A stretch of 64,000 nucleotides of DNA from Paenibacillus sp. GTDB lineage: Bacteria > Bacillota > Bacilli > Paenibacillales > Paenibacillaceae. How positions within the stretch are numbered: position 1 is the stretch's first letter; each line of letters begins with the position of its first letter. Position numbers and translations under genes: made by a program. Where the stretch lies: assembly GCA_032083065.1 (NCBI GenBank), contig DAMDOU010000003.1, forward strand, positions 9 through 64,008. Reading direction: 5' to 3'. Below, in pieces: positions 8,020-17,588 of the stretch. The notes below the pieces were generated by a model. That model did no database searches and had not been told where the DNA came from. It saw only the letters and a list, made by a program, of their open reading frames with translations.

Positions 8020-8925
8020 ATGACACTGGGACAACGATTGGGCTATGGAGCCGAAGCCAAACTGTTGATTATCAATGCTGATGATTTCGGCATGTGCCAT
8101 GCCGAAAACCTGGCGATCCAGCAACTGTTTCAAGAAGGGGTTATTTCCTCGGCCACGCTGATGGTTCCCTGTGGCTGGGCAAAAGAGGCGGCGCAATGGA
8201 GCGCGTCCCATCCGAATCATCAAGTTGGCGTACACCTGACTTTTACCAGCGAATGGAGCGGTTATAAATGGGGGCCGGTGACCCGGAATGGAGATGTCAG
8301 CAGCCTGGTTACGAAGGAAGGTTATTTCCCGGCTGACTGCGCCTCCTTTGAATCGCAAGCCGACCGGGAGCAGGTCCGCCTGGAAATGATCCATCAGATC
8401 GAAATGGCCCGTTCCATGGGGATCGATCCAACTCACCTGGACAATCATATGGGCAGTTTATATGGGCTTGCAACCGGCAATCATTTCTTGGATGTCGTAT
8501 TTGAAGTTTGCATTCAGTATGGGCTTCCGTTCCGGATGCCGCGCTCCCTGCCGGAAATGGATAAAGTTCCGCCGGAAGCCGCAGAAGTTGCAAGACGCGT
8601 CGGCGAGCTGGCCGATCGTATGGGGGTCGTGATTCTGGACGATTTGATCGGCCTTCCCTTTGGCAAACAGCCTGGTGAAACTTATGATTCTTATAAAGAG
8701 GATATGATCGCCGTCTTAAAATCTCTAAAACCGGGAGTATCGGAAATTATCATCCACCCGGCCTTTGCAGGCGATGAACTGCGCTCCATCCATCATGAAT
8801 GGGAGAAGCGGCAATGGGATTTCGAGCTGTTCCGTGATCCTGAAGTAAGAGAAGTCATGCAGCAAGAGGGGATCCAGCTAATTCGCTGGAAGGAACTACG
8901 GGAAGTGCAGCGCAAGGGGCAGTAA
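8020..8925 (+). CDS. YdjC / ChbG / HpnK-family carbohydrate deacetylase
   Basis: LIINADDFGMCHAENLAIQQLFQEGVISSATLMV, HLTF and THLDNHM match the YdjC-family metal and active-site pattern. RBS ACGGGGGA. Confidence 0.85.
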   Translation: MTLGQRLGYGAEAKLLIINADDFGMCHAENLAIQQLFQEGVISSATLMVPCGWAKEAAQWSASHPNHQVGVHLTFTSEWSGYKWGPVTRNGDVSSLVTKEGYFPADCASFESQADREQVRLEMIHQIEMARSMGIDPTHLDNHMGSLYGLATGNHFLDVVFEVCIQYGLPFRMPRSLPEMDKVPPEAAEVARRVGELADRMGVVILDDLIGLPFGKQPGETYDSYKEDMIAVLKSLKPGVSEIIIHPAFAGDELRSIHHEWEKRQWDFELFRDPEVREVMQQEGIQLIRWKELREVQRKGQ

Positions 8926-8960
8926 CCGGAAACCCGAAGGCCGCAGTTCGGTCGACTAGA

Positions 8961-9746
8961 TTACGGAAGATGATAGTAAGGAACACTTAGGGATGGAATG
9001 AACCCGAGTTTTTGCGCCAGGCCATAAGAAGCTTCATTCTCTCTCCGACATGACCAGACCGGATCCAATCCGTTCTTCAGGCAGTATGAGATCAGAGCAC
9101 GGCTGACTTGGAGGGCGTATCCCTTGCCTCGGGCTTCTGCGGCGGTCTCAATGCCGATTTCCAATTGGTTGCCGATCACGTAAGCGGAAAAAGCGGTGGA
9201 CACAGCAACGTCATCTTCAATAAGGCTAAAACCGACACCGTTAGCAAGGAATTGTTCCGCATTTCTCCAATAATCCCTCGGATTGACTTGCCCATCCACG
9301 GTAAGGAATATTTCTTTGGTCATAGGAGTAATTACAGGCAGGTCAGAGTAAGAATGGGGTGTTGCGGCTTCAAACCTTTGGCGGTTAAAGGTGAAATTAA
9401 CCCTGGAGTTTTCGATAATTAAACCCGAATGAGTCCATTGCCGGATATAATCATTCCAACTGTCCGGGTACACCTGAAGCCACTCCTGCTTTGCCCTGAG
9501 CCCGTGGGAGCCCATAAGATAACGCTGTAATTCTTGATAAAAGATCTCGTTCTCTGTCTGCCCGAACAACAGTGACATGCCTTGGGGATGTACAATATAA
9601 AACGCGGATGGCTCCATCATCTTATCCACGAAAACGGCCCCTTGAACGTGTCCATTAATGACAGCTTGTGCAAATAGGGTGTTGATCGGCAGCTTTTGGA
9701 GCGGTTCAGTGACTTTGGGGTAACTATCTACGTTTAAACGGATCAT
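8961..9746 (-). CDS. GNAT-family N-acetyltransferase
   Basis: C-terminal acetyl-CoA-binding-like region EARGKGYALQVSRALISYCLKNGLDPVWSCRRENEASYGLAQKLGF. Confidence 0.75.
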   Translation of the reverse strand: MIRLNVDSYPKVTEPLQKLPINTLFAQAVINGHVQGAVFVDKMMEPSAFYIVHPQGMSLLFGQTENEIFYQELQRYLMGSHGLRAKQEWLQVYPDSWNDYIRQWTHSGLIIENSRVNFTFNRQRFEAATPHSYSDLPVITPMTKEIFLTVDGQVNPRDYWRNAEQFLANGVGFSLIEDDVAVSTAFSAYVIGNQLEIGIETAAEARGKGYALQVSRALISYCLKNGLDPVWSCRRENEASYGLAQKLGFIPSLSVPYYHLP

Positions 9747-9844
9747 AACGGTTTCTCTCCTCTTTCACGGATATTCTGATTATTTGAAACCATCATACCA
9801 AGATTTATCACATATAAAGAACCTCCAAAATCACACTAAAATAT

Positions 9845-9887
9845 AAAAAAGTCGGTGCCAGGAAGATGATCCCTGCGCCGACTTTTT
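9845..9887 (-). terminator. Terminator of the LOV-GGDEF-EAL gene
   Basis: GTCGGTGCCAGG...CCTGCGCCGAC hairpin flanked by A6 and T5. On the minus strand the stem is followed by TTTTTT. Confidence 0.75.
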
Positions 9888-9951
9888 GTGTTTTGATTCT
9901 ATTTATTCCACGAGGTAGTAGGACGGACGCCCCGGTCTACTCCGAACTCGA

Positions 9952-11679
9952 TCAGCTCATGCTGTTCCGGAGCATCTCCTCCATAGCGCCGCTATTGACG
10001 GGGCGGCTATAGTAGAAGCCCTGAATTTGATCGCAATCATTCTGGCGGAGGAAGTCACACTGCTCTTTGGTCTCTACGCCTTCCGCCAACACGGTCAAGC
10101 CCAGCGATTTCCCCAATTGGATAATCGATTGGAGGAGCGAACTGTCTCTTGGGGAGGCGGGCGTATTTTGGATAAAGGTCCGGTCGATCTTGAGTACCTG
10201 AAGCGGAAGCTCTTTCAGATAATAAATAGAAGAATATCCTGTTCCAAAATCGTCGATCGACAATGATATCCCGCGTTGTTTCAGTGAATCAAGCCGGTCC
10301 TTGATCAACACGGGATCGTTCAACAGCGATTCGGTAACCTCGAGCTCTAAATATTTTGGTTCCAGCCCGGTTTGCTCCAATACCGTTTCTACCGTATGAA
10401 CGAACTGCGGATGCCGGAACTGAACGGCCGACACGTTGACGGAAATCGGTAATTTGGGATAGCCGGCATCCTGCCATTTCTTATTGGTGCGGCAGGCTTC
10501 CCACAAAACCCATTCTCCCAGTTCAACGATAAACCCGCTGTCCTCGGCAATCGGGATAAAGGAAGCGGGAGAAATCCGGCCTTGCACCGGATCATTCCAC
10601 CGGATCAGCGCCTCCAGCCCGGTAAGGGCCATGGTCGCAAGGTCGACCTTCGGCTGATAGAATAGTTCAAATTCGCCTTCCGCGAGAGCCCGTGGTAGAT
10701 TCTTCTCGATTTGGACCCGCTCCAGGAGCTTATCCACTAAATAATAATCGAAGTAGTGCGGGTCGCTTAACGATTCGCTCTTGGCTTCTTTCATGGCCAG
10801 CTCTGCGTGCTTCAACAGTTGAGATACATCTTGTCCGTCATCCGGATAGATGCTGATGCCCATACCGAATCCGATGCTGATTTCTTCGTCGTGCGCCATA
10901 TAAGGCTTCTTTAACATTACGCTTAAGTCGACGGCCATTCTATGAATTTGCAGGGGATCGGAAAGACGGGATAACAGAATGATAAATTCATCGGCGAAGC
11001 TGCGGCAGATAGGGGTTCCATTACCGAAGCAACTGCGGATCCGGTCCGCAACACCGACAAGAAGCTCATTGCCTGCCGCTTCCCCGTAACTTTCATTTAT
11101 ATATCTGAATCGATTCAGGTTTACCCGCAAAATGGCTGCGGTTTTCTGTTCGCTGCCGGTTATGGACAGCTCCGATTTAACAACTTCCTTAAAACGGCTC
11201 ATGTTCAAAAGACCTGTAATCGGGTCGAAGTAGGTGAGTTGGCGGATCTTCTGATTGGAAGCGTCCCGCTCCTCCACTTCTTTGGTAACATCGAACTGGA
11301 GTCCTATAAAATATAGCGTTTTACCGTCCGAATCAAGAATGGGGCTAATGATGAACTGATTCCAGAAAGTGCTCCCGTCTTTTTTGTAATTTTTGATCGT
11401 TACCGTATCCGAGTGTCCTTCTTTGATCGCCCGGCGAATGACGCCAAGATGTTCTTTATCCGTCTCTTCGCCTTGAAGAAACCGGCTATTTCGCATCAAA
11501 ACCTCATCCCTGGAATACCCGGTAATCTGCTCGAAACCTTGGTTAACATAAACGAGCGGATTGTCCTTTGAATTGGGATCGGTAATCGCCAGACCAACGT
11601 TCATCAAATCGATGGCACTCAGTAAGGCGGAAGCATTGATCATAGACTCGATTCGGGTAGGATAGACTTTCTTGTCCAC
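9952..11679 (-). CDS. LOV(PAS)-GGDEF(degenerate)-EAL c-di-GMP phosphodiesterase-type signalling protein
   Basis: YtvA-like LOV core: ITDPNSKDNPLVYVNQGFEQITGYSRDEVLMRNSRFLQGEETD...NYKKDGSTFWN...GLQFDVT. The GGDEF site reads SFADEF. EAL motifs are intact (LEALIRW, DDFGTGYSS, KIDRTF, EGVET, QGFYYSRP). GTG at 11679 is 7 nt after AGGGGG; the ORF-track start 11763 lacks an RBS. Confidence 0.85.
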   Translation of the reverse strand: MDKKVYPTRIESMINASALLSAIDLMNVGLAITDPNSKDNPLVYVNQGFEQITGYSRDEVLMRNSRFLQGEETDKEHLGVIRRAIKEGHSDTVTIKNYKKDGSTFWNQFIISPILDSDGKTLYFIGLQFDVTKEVEERDASNQKIRQLTYFDPITGLLNMSRFKEVVKSELSITGSEQKTAAILRVNLNRFRYINESYGEAAGNELLVGVADRIRSCFGNGTPICRSFADEFIILLSRLSDPLQIHRMAVDLSVMLKKPYMAHDEEISIGFGMGISIYPDDGQDVSQLLKHAELAMKEAKSESLSDPHYFDYYLVDKLLERVQIEKNLPRALAEGEFELFYQPKVDLATMALTGLEALIRWNDPVQGRISPASFIPIAEDSGFIVELGEWVLWEACRTNKKWQDAGYPKLPISVNVSAVQFRHPQFVHTVETVLEQTGLEPKYLELEVTESLLNDPVLIKDRLDSLKQRGISLSIDDFGTGYSSIYYLKELPLQVLKIDRTFIQNTPASPRDSSLLQSIIQLGKSLGLTVLAEGVETKEQCDFLRQNDCDQIQGFYYSRPVNSGAMEEMLRNSMS

Positions 11680-11887
11680 TGTAAGACCCCCTAAAAATGA
11701 ACCGTAAACGGGTTGTTTAACTAATGATGTCCGGTATACGGGAGTACATCTCAGTTCCATCATACATGGGGGCCATTCAGGAAATCAATGGATAGTTTTT
11801 TGACAGCCGAAAAATGAGTACCCCGAAACGAAATCTGGAACATTACTCCACCGTTCGAATCGGCGTACAATAAAAACATGCCTAATT

Positions 11888-11901
11888 TGAAAGTGCTTAC
11901 A
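11888..11901 (+). promoter_or_regulatory. Candidate catabolite-responsive element (cre) upstream of ABC operon 1
   Basis: TGAAAGTGCTTACA has one mismatch to TGWAANCGNTNWCA (central CG is TG). It lies 32 nt upstream of the permease ATG. Confidence 0.35.
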
Positions 11902-11932
11902 CAAGGGCAACGAACAGCTTGGAGGTCATAGG

Positions 11933-12901
11933 ATGGAAATGCAACAGACAACGCAACCCGCAGCCATGACACAAAAAGAGACGCCTCCTCCCGCGAGGCG
12001 AAAATGGCTCAAAAAACTGTACACACAAAGACATATTCAAATCATGGCGCTACTCGGCATCGCCTGGATGATCGTGTTCAACTACGTTCCGATGTACGGC
12101 ATCATCATTGCGTTTAAGGACTATGACATCATCAGAACCATTTCCGAAGCCCCGTGGGCCGGACTGGAGCATTTCAAGGAATTTCTGAGCGATGAGAATT
12201 TCGGTTATGTCATGAAAAATACGCTTGGCATCAGCTTGCTCAAGCTACTGACGTTCCCGCTACCCATAATATTCGCGCTTTTCCTGAATGAGGTTCGCTC
12301 GCTACGCTTCAAGAAGGCAATTCAGACGATTTCGTACCTTCCTCACTTCCTCTCTTGGGTCGTGCTGGGCGGAATCCTTGCAACCTGGTTGTCGGATGTA
12401 GGGATTTTCAATGAGATCTTCATGGCTCTAGGCTTTATTGATCATCCGATTTCATTCCTGGCTGAACCTAAATATTTCTGGAGCATTATCATTACTTCGG
12501 ATGTGTGGAAGGAACTCGGATGGTCTGCCATCATTTATCTGGCTGCAATTACGAGCATCTCTCCTGAAATGTACGAGGCGGCACGGATCGATGGTGCCGG
12601 TCGATTCCAACAAATGTGGTACGTCACGCTTCCAGCGATCAAGGCCACGATCAGCATCTTGTTCATTCTGGCCGTCAGCGGTGTGATGAACTCCAACTTT
12701 GACCAGATTCTGGTCTTGCGCAACTCCTTGAACGACAGTGCAAGTAATGTTATTGATTATTACGTGTATTACACAGGGATTTCTTCAGGCCGTTACTCGT
12801 ACTCTGCGGCGATCGGATTGTTTAAATCCGTTATTGCGATTACGTTGCTGCTGATTGCGAACCAAGTATCCAAAAAACTCAACGACACTTCGTTGTTTTA
12901 G
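11933..12901 (+). CDS. Sugar ABC transporter permease (LplB / YtcP-like)
   Basis: Multi-TM protein with an N-terminal basic tail (RRKWLKKLYTQRHIQIMALLGIAWMIVFNYVPMYGIIIAFKDY) and an EAA-like loop (MYEAARIDGAGRFQ). GGAGG RBS 7 nt upstream. Confidence 0.9.
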   Translation: MEMQQTTQPAAMTQKETPPPARRKWLKKLYTQRHIQIMALLGIAWMIVFNYVPMYGIIIAFKDYDIIRTISEAPWAGLEHFKEFLSDENFGYVMKNTLGISLLKLLTFPLPIIFALFLNEVRSLRFKKAIQTISYLPHFLSWVVLGGILATWLSDVGIFNEIFMALGFIDHPISFLAEPKYFWSIIITSDVWKELGWSAIIYLAAITSISPEMYEAARIDGAGRFQQMWYVTLPAIKATISILFILAVSGVMNSNFDQILVLRNSLNDSASNVIDYYVYYTGISSGRYSYSAAIGLFKSVIAITLLLIANQVSKKLNDTSLF

Positions 12902-12919
12902 GCCAAGGAGGACCTGCAC

Positions 12920-13810
12920 ATGTTTTTATCAAGCCGTAGAACAAAAGGTGAAGTTGTCTTTGATACTCTGAATAATCTGGGCATGCTTCTTATCTGTTTT
13001 GTTACGTTGTATCCGATCTGGTACGTATTGATCAATGCATTTAATGATGGCAAGGATGCCATGCTCGGAGGCATATACTGGTGGCCGCGGGTGTTCAGCC
13101 TGGAGAACTTCAAGGCGGTATTCATTAACCCGGGCATTATGACCGCGATGCTGCTTACTATTGGGAAGACTCTGCTCGGGGTGGTGGCGCACGTATTCTT
13201 CACGGCCATGGTAGCTTACGCGTTCTCGCGTAGAGACCTGATTGGTGGTAAGTTATATATTCTGCTGGGGACGATCACAATGATTTTCTCCGGGGGACTA
13301 ATTCCAACGTACCTCCTGATTCGGGATTTGCACTTACTTGATACTTTTTGGGTTTATATCATTCCGGTACTGTTCAGTTTCTTCGACCTGATCATCTTCA
13401 TGACCTTCTTCCGTGATATTCCTGACGGATTAGAGGAAGCGGGCCGAATTGACGGAGCGAACGACTGGACGATTTTCCTAAAAATCGTACTTCCGGTATC
13501 TATGCCGGTGCTTGCAACCATCGCTCTATTCCACGGCGTCTATCAATGGAACGATTACTTTACGGGGATTATCTACGTCAACCAGGAATCACTGCAGCCG
13601 ATTCAAACCTTTCTATATCGGGTTGTGGCTCAGTCCAGCTCTAATATCATGACGACCGCGGTACAAGGAAGTGCGATAACCAAGACGGTTACCTCGCAAT
13701 CGGTCAAGCTGGCGACGATGGTCGTTACGACACTTCCGATCGTATTTGCTTATCCGTTCCTGCAGCGTTACTTTGTTAAGGGAATGATGATCGGTTCCAT
13801 CAAGGGCTAA
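12920..13810 (+). CDS. Sugar ABC transporter permease (LplC-like)
   Basis: Six-TM MalG-like protein with EAA loop (LEEAGRIDGANDWTIFLKIVLP). AAGGAGG RBS 8 nt upstream. Confidence 0.9.
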   Translation: MFLSSRRTKGEVVFDTLNNLGMLLICFVTLYPIWYVLINAFNDGKDAMLGGIYWWPRVFSLENFKAVFINPGIMTAMLLTIGKTLLGVVAHVFFTAMVAYAFSRRDLIGGKLYILLGTITMIFSGGLIPTYLLIRDLHLLDTFWVYIIPVLFSFFDLIIFMTFFRDIPDGLEEAGRIDGANDWTIFLKIVLPVSMPVLATIALFHGVYQWNDYFTGIIYVNQESLQPIQTFLYRVVAQSSSNIMTTAVQGSAITKTVTSQSVKLATMVVTTLPIVFAYPFLQRYFVKGMMIGSIKG

Positions 13811-13922
13811 TCTCAAATTGAGCCCCCATTATTTCAGTAACTCCTCCTGGCCGCCGTCAAACGGCGGTTCTGGAGTTGCACATTATAGCATTTATACAAA
13901 ATCAGAAAAGGGGTAAAAAAGC

Positions 13923-15608
13923 ATGGGCATGAAAAGTAAGTCCAAAAAAATGATGATGCTTTTGATGGCATGTATCATGGTTCTGTCTCTGGCTGCTTGT
14001 GGCGGTAACGGTAATAATGCAGCCAAATCAGAAAGCGCTAACAACACCAAGACGGATACGGCGACGCCGTCCGAACCGGCTGCTGCACCATCGGCTGATG
14101 AACCGGGCTGGAAGTCCGACACGTCTCCGATTACGTTCGACTGGTATTTGAACTTTGCCTGGTTCGCTAATAAATGGGGGGTTGACCCAACATCCCAGTA
14201 TGTTACCAAAAAGACAGGTGTTGACGTTAACTTTATCATTCCGGCCGGTAATGAGAATGAAAAGCTGAATACGCTGATTGCATCCGGCAAATTGCCTGAC
14301 TTCATCACGCTTGGCTGGTATGAAGACGGCGTGAAGAAAATGATCGAAGGCGGCCTCGTTGAGCCGTTGAACAAATTAGCTGAAGAGTATGATCCATACT
14401 TCTTTAAAGTAGCCGACCCTGACAAACTGGGCTGGTATACCCAAGAGGACGGCAATGTCTACGGATATCCGAACTCTTCTTCATCTCCAAAAGACTATGA
14501 GAAATATGGCGATACTTATGTATCCAACCAAACTTTTGTAGTCCGCAAGGATATTTATGAAGCGATCGGCAGCCCGGACATGCGGACGCCAGAAGGCTTT
14601 GTTGCTGCTCTGAAGAAAGCAAAAGAAATGTACCCTGAGATCGACGGTCAACCGATGATTCCGCTCGGCTTGCATGAGTTCACGGCAACCGGCAATGATT
14701 CCTTGGAAGGCTACCTTCAAAACTTCTTGGCTATTCCAAGAGAAAAAGACGGCAAGCTGTACAACCGTGAAACCGATCCAGAATACGTTACCTGGTTGAA
14801 AACACTGCGTGAAGCTAACCAGGAAGGTTTGCTGGCAAAAGATATCTTTATCGACAAACGCGCTCAAATGGAAGAGAAAATCGTACAAGGCCGCTATTTT
14901 GCCATGTTGTACCAACGTACAGACTTTGCAGCTCAATTGGGTACGTTGTTCCAACAAGATCCTAACAAGATCTATATTGCTGTAGACGGACCTGCGAACA
15001 GCAACTTGGATGCACCGCAAGTGAATGGTCCTTCGATCTCCGGCTGGACAGTAACCTTGATCTCCAAGGATGTTAAGGACAAAGCTCGTGCGATCAAGTT
15101 CCTGAGCTACCTGATGAGTGAAGAAGGACAAAAAGACCTTTATCTTGGTGAAAAGGGCGTCAGCTATGATACAATTGACGGCAAAGACCAATTTAAACCT
15201 GAAGCATTTGAACTGATGAACAGTGACCGTGCGGCATTCGACAAGCAATATGGTTCTTCGTTCACATTCTGGATGATGCAGGATACTAACATTACGCATC
15301 AATGGACTCCTGAATCTGTTGAGCCATACAAGCAATTGGAAGACTGGACTCGCGGTAAGACGAAGAGTGTCTCGGAATTCGACTTGCTGGATCCGTTGGC
15401 CAACTCCGATGAGGGGATTATCCTTACTAAGATCAAAGATTTACGTAGCAAGACGCTGCCTAAGCTGTTAATGGCTTCTTCCGAAGCTGAATTCGATAAA
15501 ATCTGGGCGGAATACACTAAGAAACAAGAAGACCTAGGCTTGGCTAAGGTCATTGCCTTCCAACAAACGAAATATGAAGAGAACAAGAAGAAGCTTGGCA
15601 TGCAATAA
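13923..15608 (+). CDS. Extracellular solute-binding lipoprotein (LplA-like, large family-1 SBP)
   Basis: Lipobox LSLAAC-GG after a signal peptide, then a low-complexity linker. Its 561 aa is typical of LplA-type polysaccharide or oligosaccharide binders. Confidence 0.9.
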   Translation: MGMKSKSKKMMMLLMACIMVLSLAACGGNGNNAAKSESANNTKTDTATPSEPAAAPSADEPGWKSDTSPITFDWYLNFAWFANKWGVDPTSQYVTKKTGVDVNFIIPAGNENEKLNTLIASGKLPDFITLGWYEDGVKKMIEGGLVEPLNKLAEEYDPYFFKVADPDKLGWYTQEDGNVYGYPNSSSSPKDYEKYGDTYVSNQTFVVRKDIYEAIGSPDMRTPEGFVAALKKAKEMYPEIDGQPMIPLGLHEFTATGNDSLEGYLQNFLAIPREKDGKLYNRETDPEYVTWLKTLREANQEGLLAKDIFIDKRAQMEEKIVQGRYFAMLYQRTDFAAQLGTLFQQDPNKIYIAVDGPANSNLDAPQVNGPSISGWTVTLISKDVKDKARAIKFLSYLMSEEGQKDLYLGEKGVSYDTIDGKDQFKPEAFELMNSDRAAFDKQYGSSFTFWMMQDTNITHQWTPESVEPYKQLEDWTRGKTKSVSEFDLLDPLANSDEGIILTKIKDLRSKTLPKLLMASSEAEFDKIWAEYTKKQEDLGLAKVIAFQQTKYEENKKKLGMQ

Positions 15609-15620
15609 TAAGCCATGTCC

Positions 15621-15645
15621 AAAAGCCCGCGAGCAGCGGGCTTTT
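15621..15645 (+). terminator. Terminator/attenuator after the SBP gene
   Basis: AAAAGCCCGC-gagca-GCGGGCTTTT. Confidence 0.7.
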
Positions 15646-15674
15646 GGGTGTTTACGTAAAGGAGCCATCAGCTA

Positions 15675-17588
15675 ATGAAGAGCAGGCGCTGGTCGGGGAT
15701 ATGGGATTCTTTCATGTATTGGTTTGGGCGCCGTTCGTTGCAAAGCCGCCTGATTGCTTCCTATATTTTTATTATTTTGGGACCTAGTATGTTGGTGTCC
15801 TTTTATTCATATGGAATGATTAACAACATGTATGTGCGCGATGCCAGGGAGAAGAACCAATCCCTGCTGGATATGGAGGAATTGCACATTCATACGCAGA
15901 TCGAGTCCATGACCCGGGCCATGGAAGTCGCGTATGAAGATCTGGATGTAAGAAACTATCTGGCTAATACAAGCGAGCCTAATACCGAAGATTTGGTGAA
16001 TTTCAGCAATAACAGCTTCAAAGATCTGACACGTATTCAATACTATAACCCTAATGTGGAGCATCTCCGCATGTTCTCCAGCAACAACATTATTGAAATT
16101 TGGCCGCTGTTTCTGCGCGAGAGCCGAGTGGCTGACGAAGTATGGTACCAGAAGGCAGAGCAAATGAAGGGAATAGAATCCTGGTCCTTCCTCTCCAATG
16201 ACCCGGATATTCTTAACCGATTTAAGGGGCAGACTCCGGCACTAACACCGAAAGTGTCTCTTCTCCGTGAAATGAGCATTCCGGCTAATCATCATGTGGG
16301 TATGGTTCAGGTAGACATGCTGTTGGAGAAGTTTAGCCCCAGAACCTACTCGGTCATTCAGGATAGCCAATCGCAAATGCTGATTGTGGATAGCGAAGCC
16401 CAGATTTTTACCCGGGATGAAAATTCCCTCCTTGCTTCAAATCCGGGTATTAGTACGGTGATTCAGGAGCGGCTACAGCATTACAGAACAACCGGGGAGT
16501 GGGACATTAATTACACCGAAAACGGAAACTCATTTCTTCTGCTGCACAAACCGATCGAGCGGATCAACGCGGATTTGCTCAATATCGTATCTATGGACAG
16601 TGTACTGGAGGAAATATCACATACACGTAATTTATTGATCGGAGCCAACATCGGTTTTATCACGCTCGTAACCGTCATTGCCTATATTTTGAATGCTTTT
16701 ATCCTAAAGAATCTTCGCCTGCTGACCGAGGAGATGAAGAAGGTCCGCAAGGGAGAGACATACAGCGGGATCGTTATCCGCGGCGGCGGTGAGGTGGGAG
16801 AGCTAGCGCATCACTTCTCGAAGTTGATGAATACCGTCAATACGCTGGTAGCGCAGGCTGTGTATAAGCAAGCATTGACCAAAGAGGCGGAACTGCGCAC
16901 GCTTCACAACCAAATTGACGCTCATTTCCTGTACAATACATTAGAAAATATTAAAATGTTGGCCGAGATCGAGAACCAAAGGGCCATCTCCGATGCGCTG
17001 ACTTCTCTCGGCGGGATGATGAGATACAACTTCAAATGGTCCGGGGAATATGTGAAGCTTCGCGATGAAATCCGGCATATCGAGAACTATACAGAGGTTA
17101 TGAATATCCGATTTGATGAGCCCATTCAGCTCCGGCTTGATATACCTCCCGATGACATGGAACTGGAGGTGCTCAAGATGTCGCTTCAACCGCTTGTCGA
17201 GAATGCCGTAAAGCATGCTTGGACGGGAGAAGATCCAGGGACCCGGGAAATCTCGATTCAGGTGGATGAATGGGAGCAGAATGTAGTGAGGATGATCGTG
17301 ACTGATAACGGTGTCGGGATCGAAGAGGAAGCTCTGAGAGGGCTGAATCAGGAATTGGAGTCGGTCGGTCTGATGGAGAAAGTTCCCCGCGGTTTCGGGA
17401 CTAAGTCAGGCTCACACGGCATTGGCCTTCGCAACGTGCAAGAGCGGATCAGGATCTATTACGGGCAAGAGTATGGTTTGAAGGTATTCAGTGAGCAGGG
17501 GCGGTTTACCCGGATAATCATGACATTACCAAAAGTGCTGTTAACTGGGAGGGTAGGCACGGATGACAAAATTGATGATCGTCGATGA
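15675..17588 (+). CDS. Sensor histidine kinase, YesM-like (2 TM, Cache-like, HAMP, His_kinase, HATPase)
   Basis: HAMP region (LTEEMKKVRKGE...GEVGELAHHFSKLMNTVN). H-box region (QIDAHFLYNTLENI). ATPase boxes (NAVKHA, DNGVGI, GIGLRNV). Confidence 0.9.
   Translation: MKSRRWSGIWDSFMYWFGRRSLQSRLIASYIFIILGPSMLVSFYSYGMINNMYVRDAREKNQSLLDMEELHIHTQIESMTRAMEVAYEDLDVRNYLANTSEPNTEDLVNFSNNSFKDLTRIQYYNPNVEHLRMFSSNNIIEIWPLFLRESRVADEVWYQKAEQMKGIESWSFLSNDPDILNRFKGQTPALTPKVSLLREMSIPANHHVGMVQVDMLLEKFSPRTYSVIQDSQSQMLIVDSEAQIFTRDENSLLASNPGISTVIQERLQHYRTTGEWDINYTENGNSFLLLHKPIERINADLLNIVSMDSVLEEISHTRNLLIGANIGFITLVTVIAYILNAFILKNLRLLTEEMKKVRKGETYSGIVIRGGGEVGELAHHFSKLMNTVNTLVAQAVYKQALTKEAELRTLHNQIDAHFLYNTLENIKMLAEIENQRAISDALTSLGGMMRYNFKWSGEYVKLRDEIRHIENYTEVMNIRFDEPIQLRLDIPPDDMELEVLKMSLQPLVENAVKHAWTGEDPGTREISIQVDEWEQNVVRMIVTDNGVGIEEEALRGLNQELESVGLMEKVPRGFGTKSGSHGIGLRNVQERIRIYYGQEYGLKVFSEQGRFTRIIMTLPKVLLTGRVGTDDKIDDRR

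Noticed and set aside
11680-11763. The upstream extension of the LOV-GGDEF-EAL ORF (MMELRCTPVYRTSLVKQPVYGSFLGGLT).
   Set aside because: There is no RBS before the ATG at 11763. An in-frame GTG at 11679 has AGGGGG 7 nt upstream. The LOV homology starts well downstream of either start, so the choice does not affect the call.
14481-15335. A 284-aa antisense ORF inside the SBP gene. Similar cases are 39969..40694, 41636..42304, 43703..44386, 36186..36848 and 49984..50751.
   Set aside because: All of them are embedded in well-supported sense-strand genes. None has an RBS or a recognisable motif.
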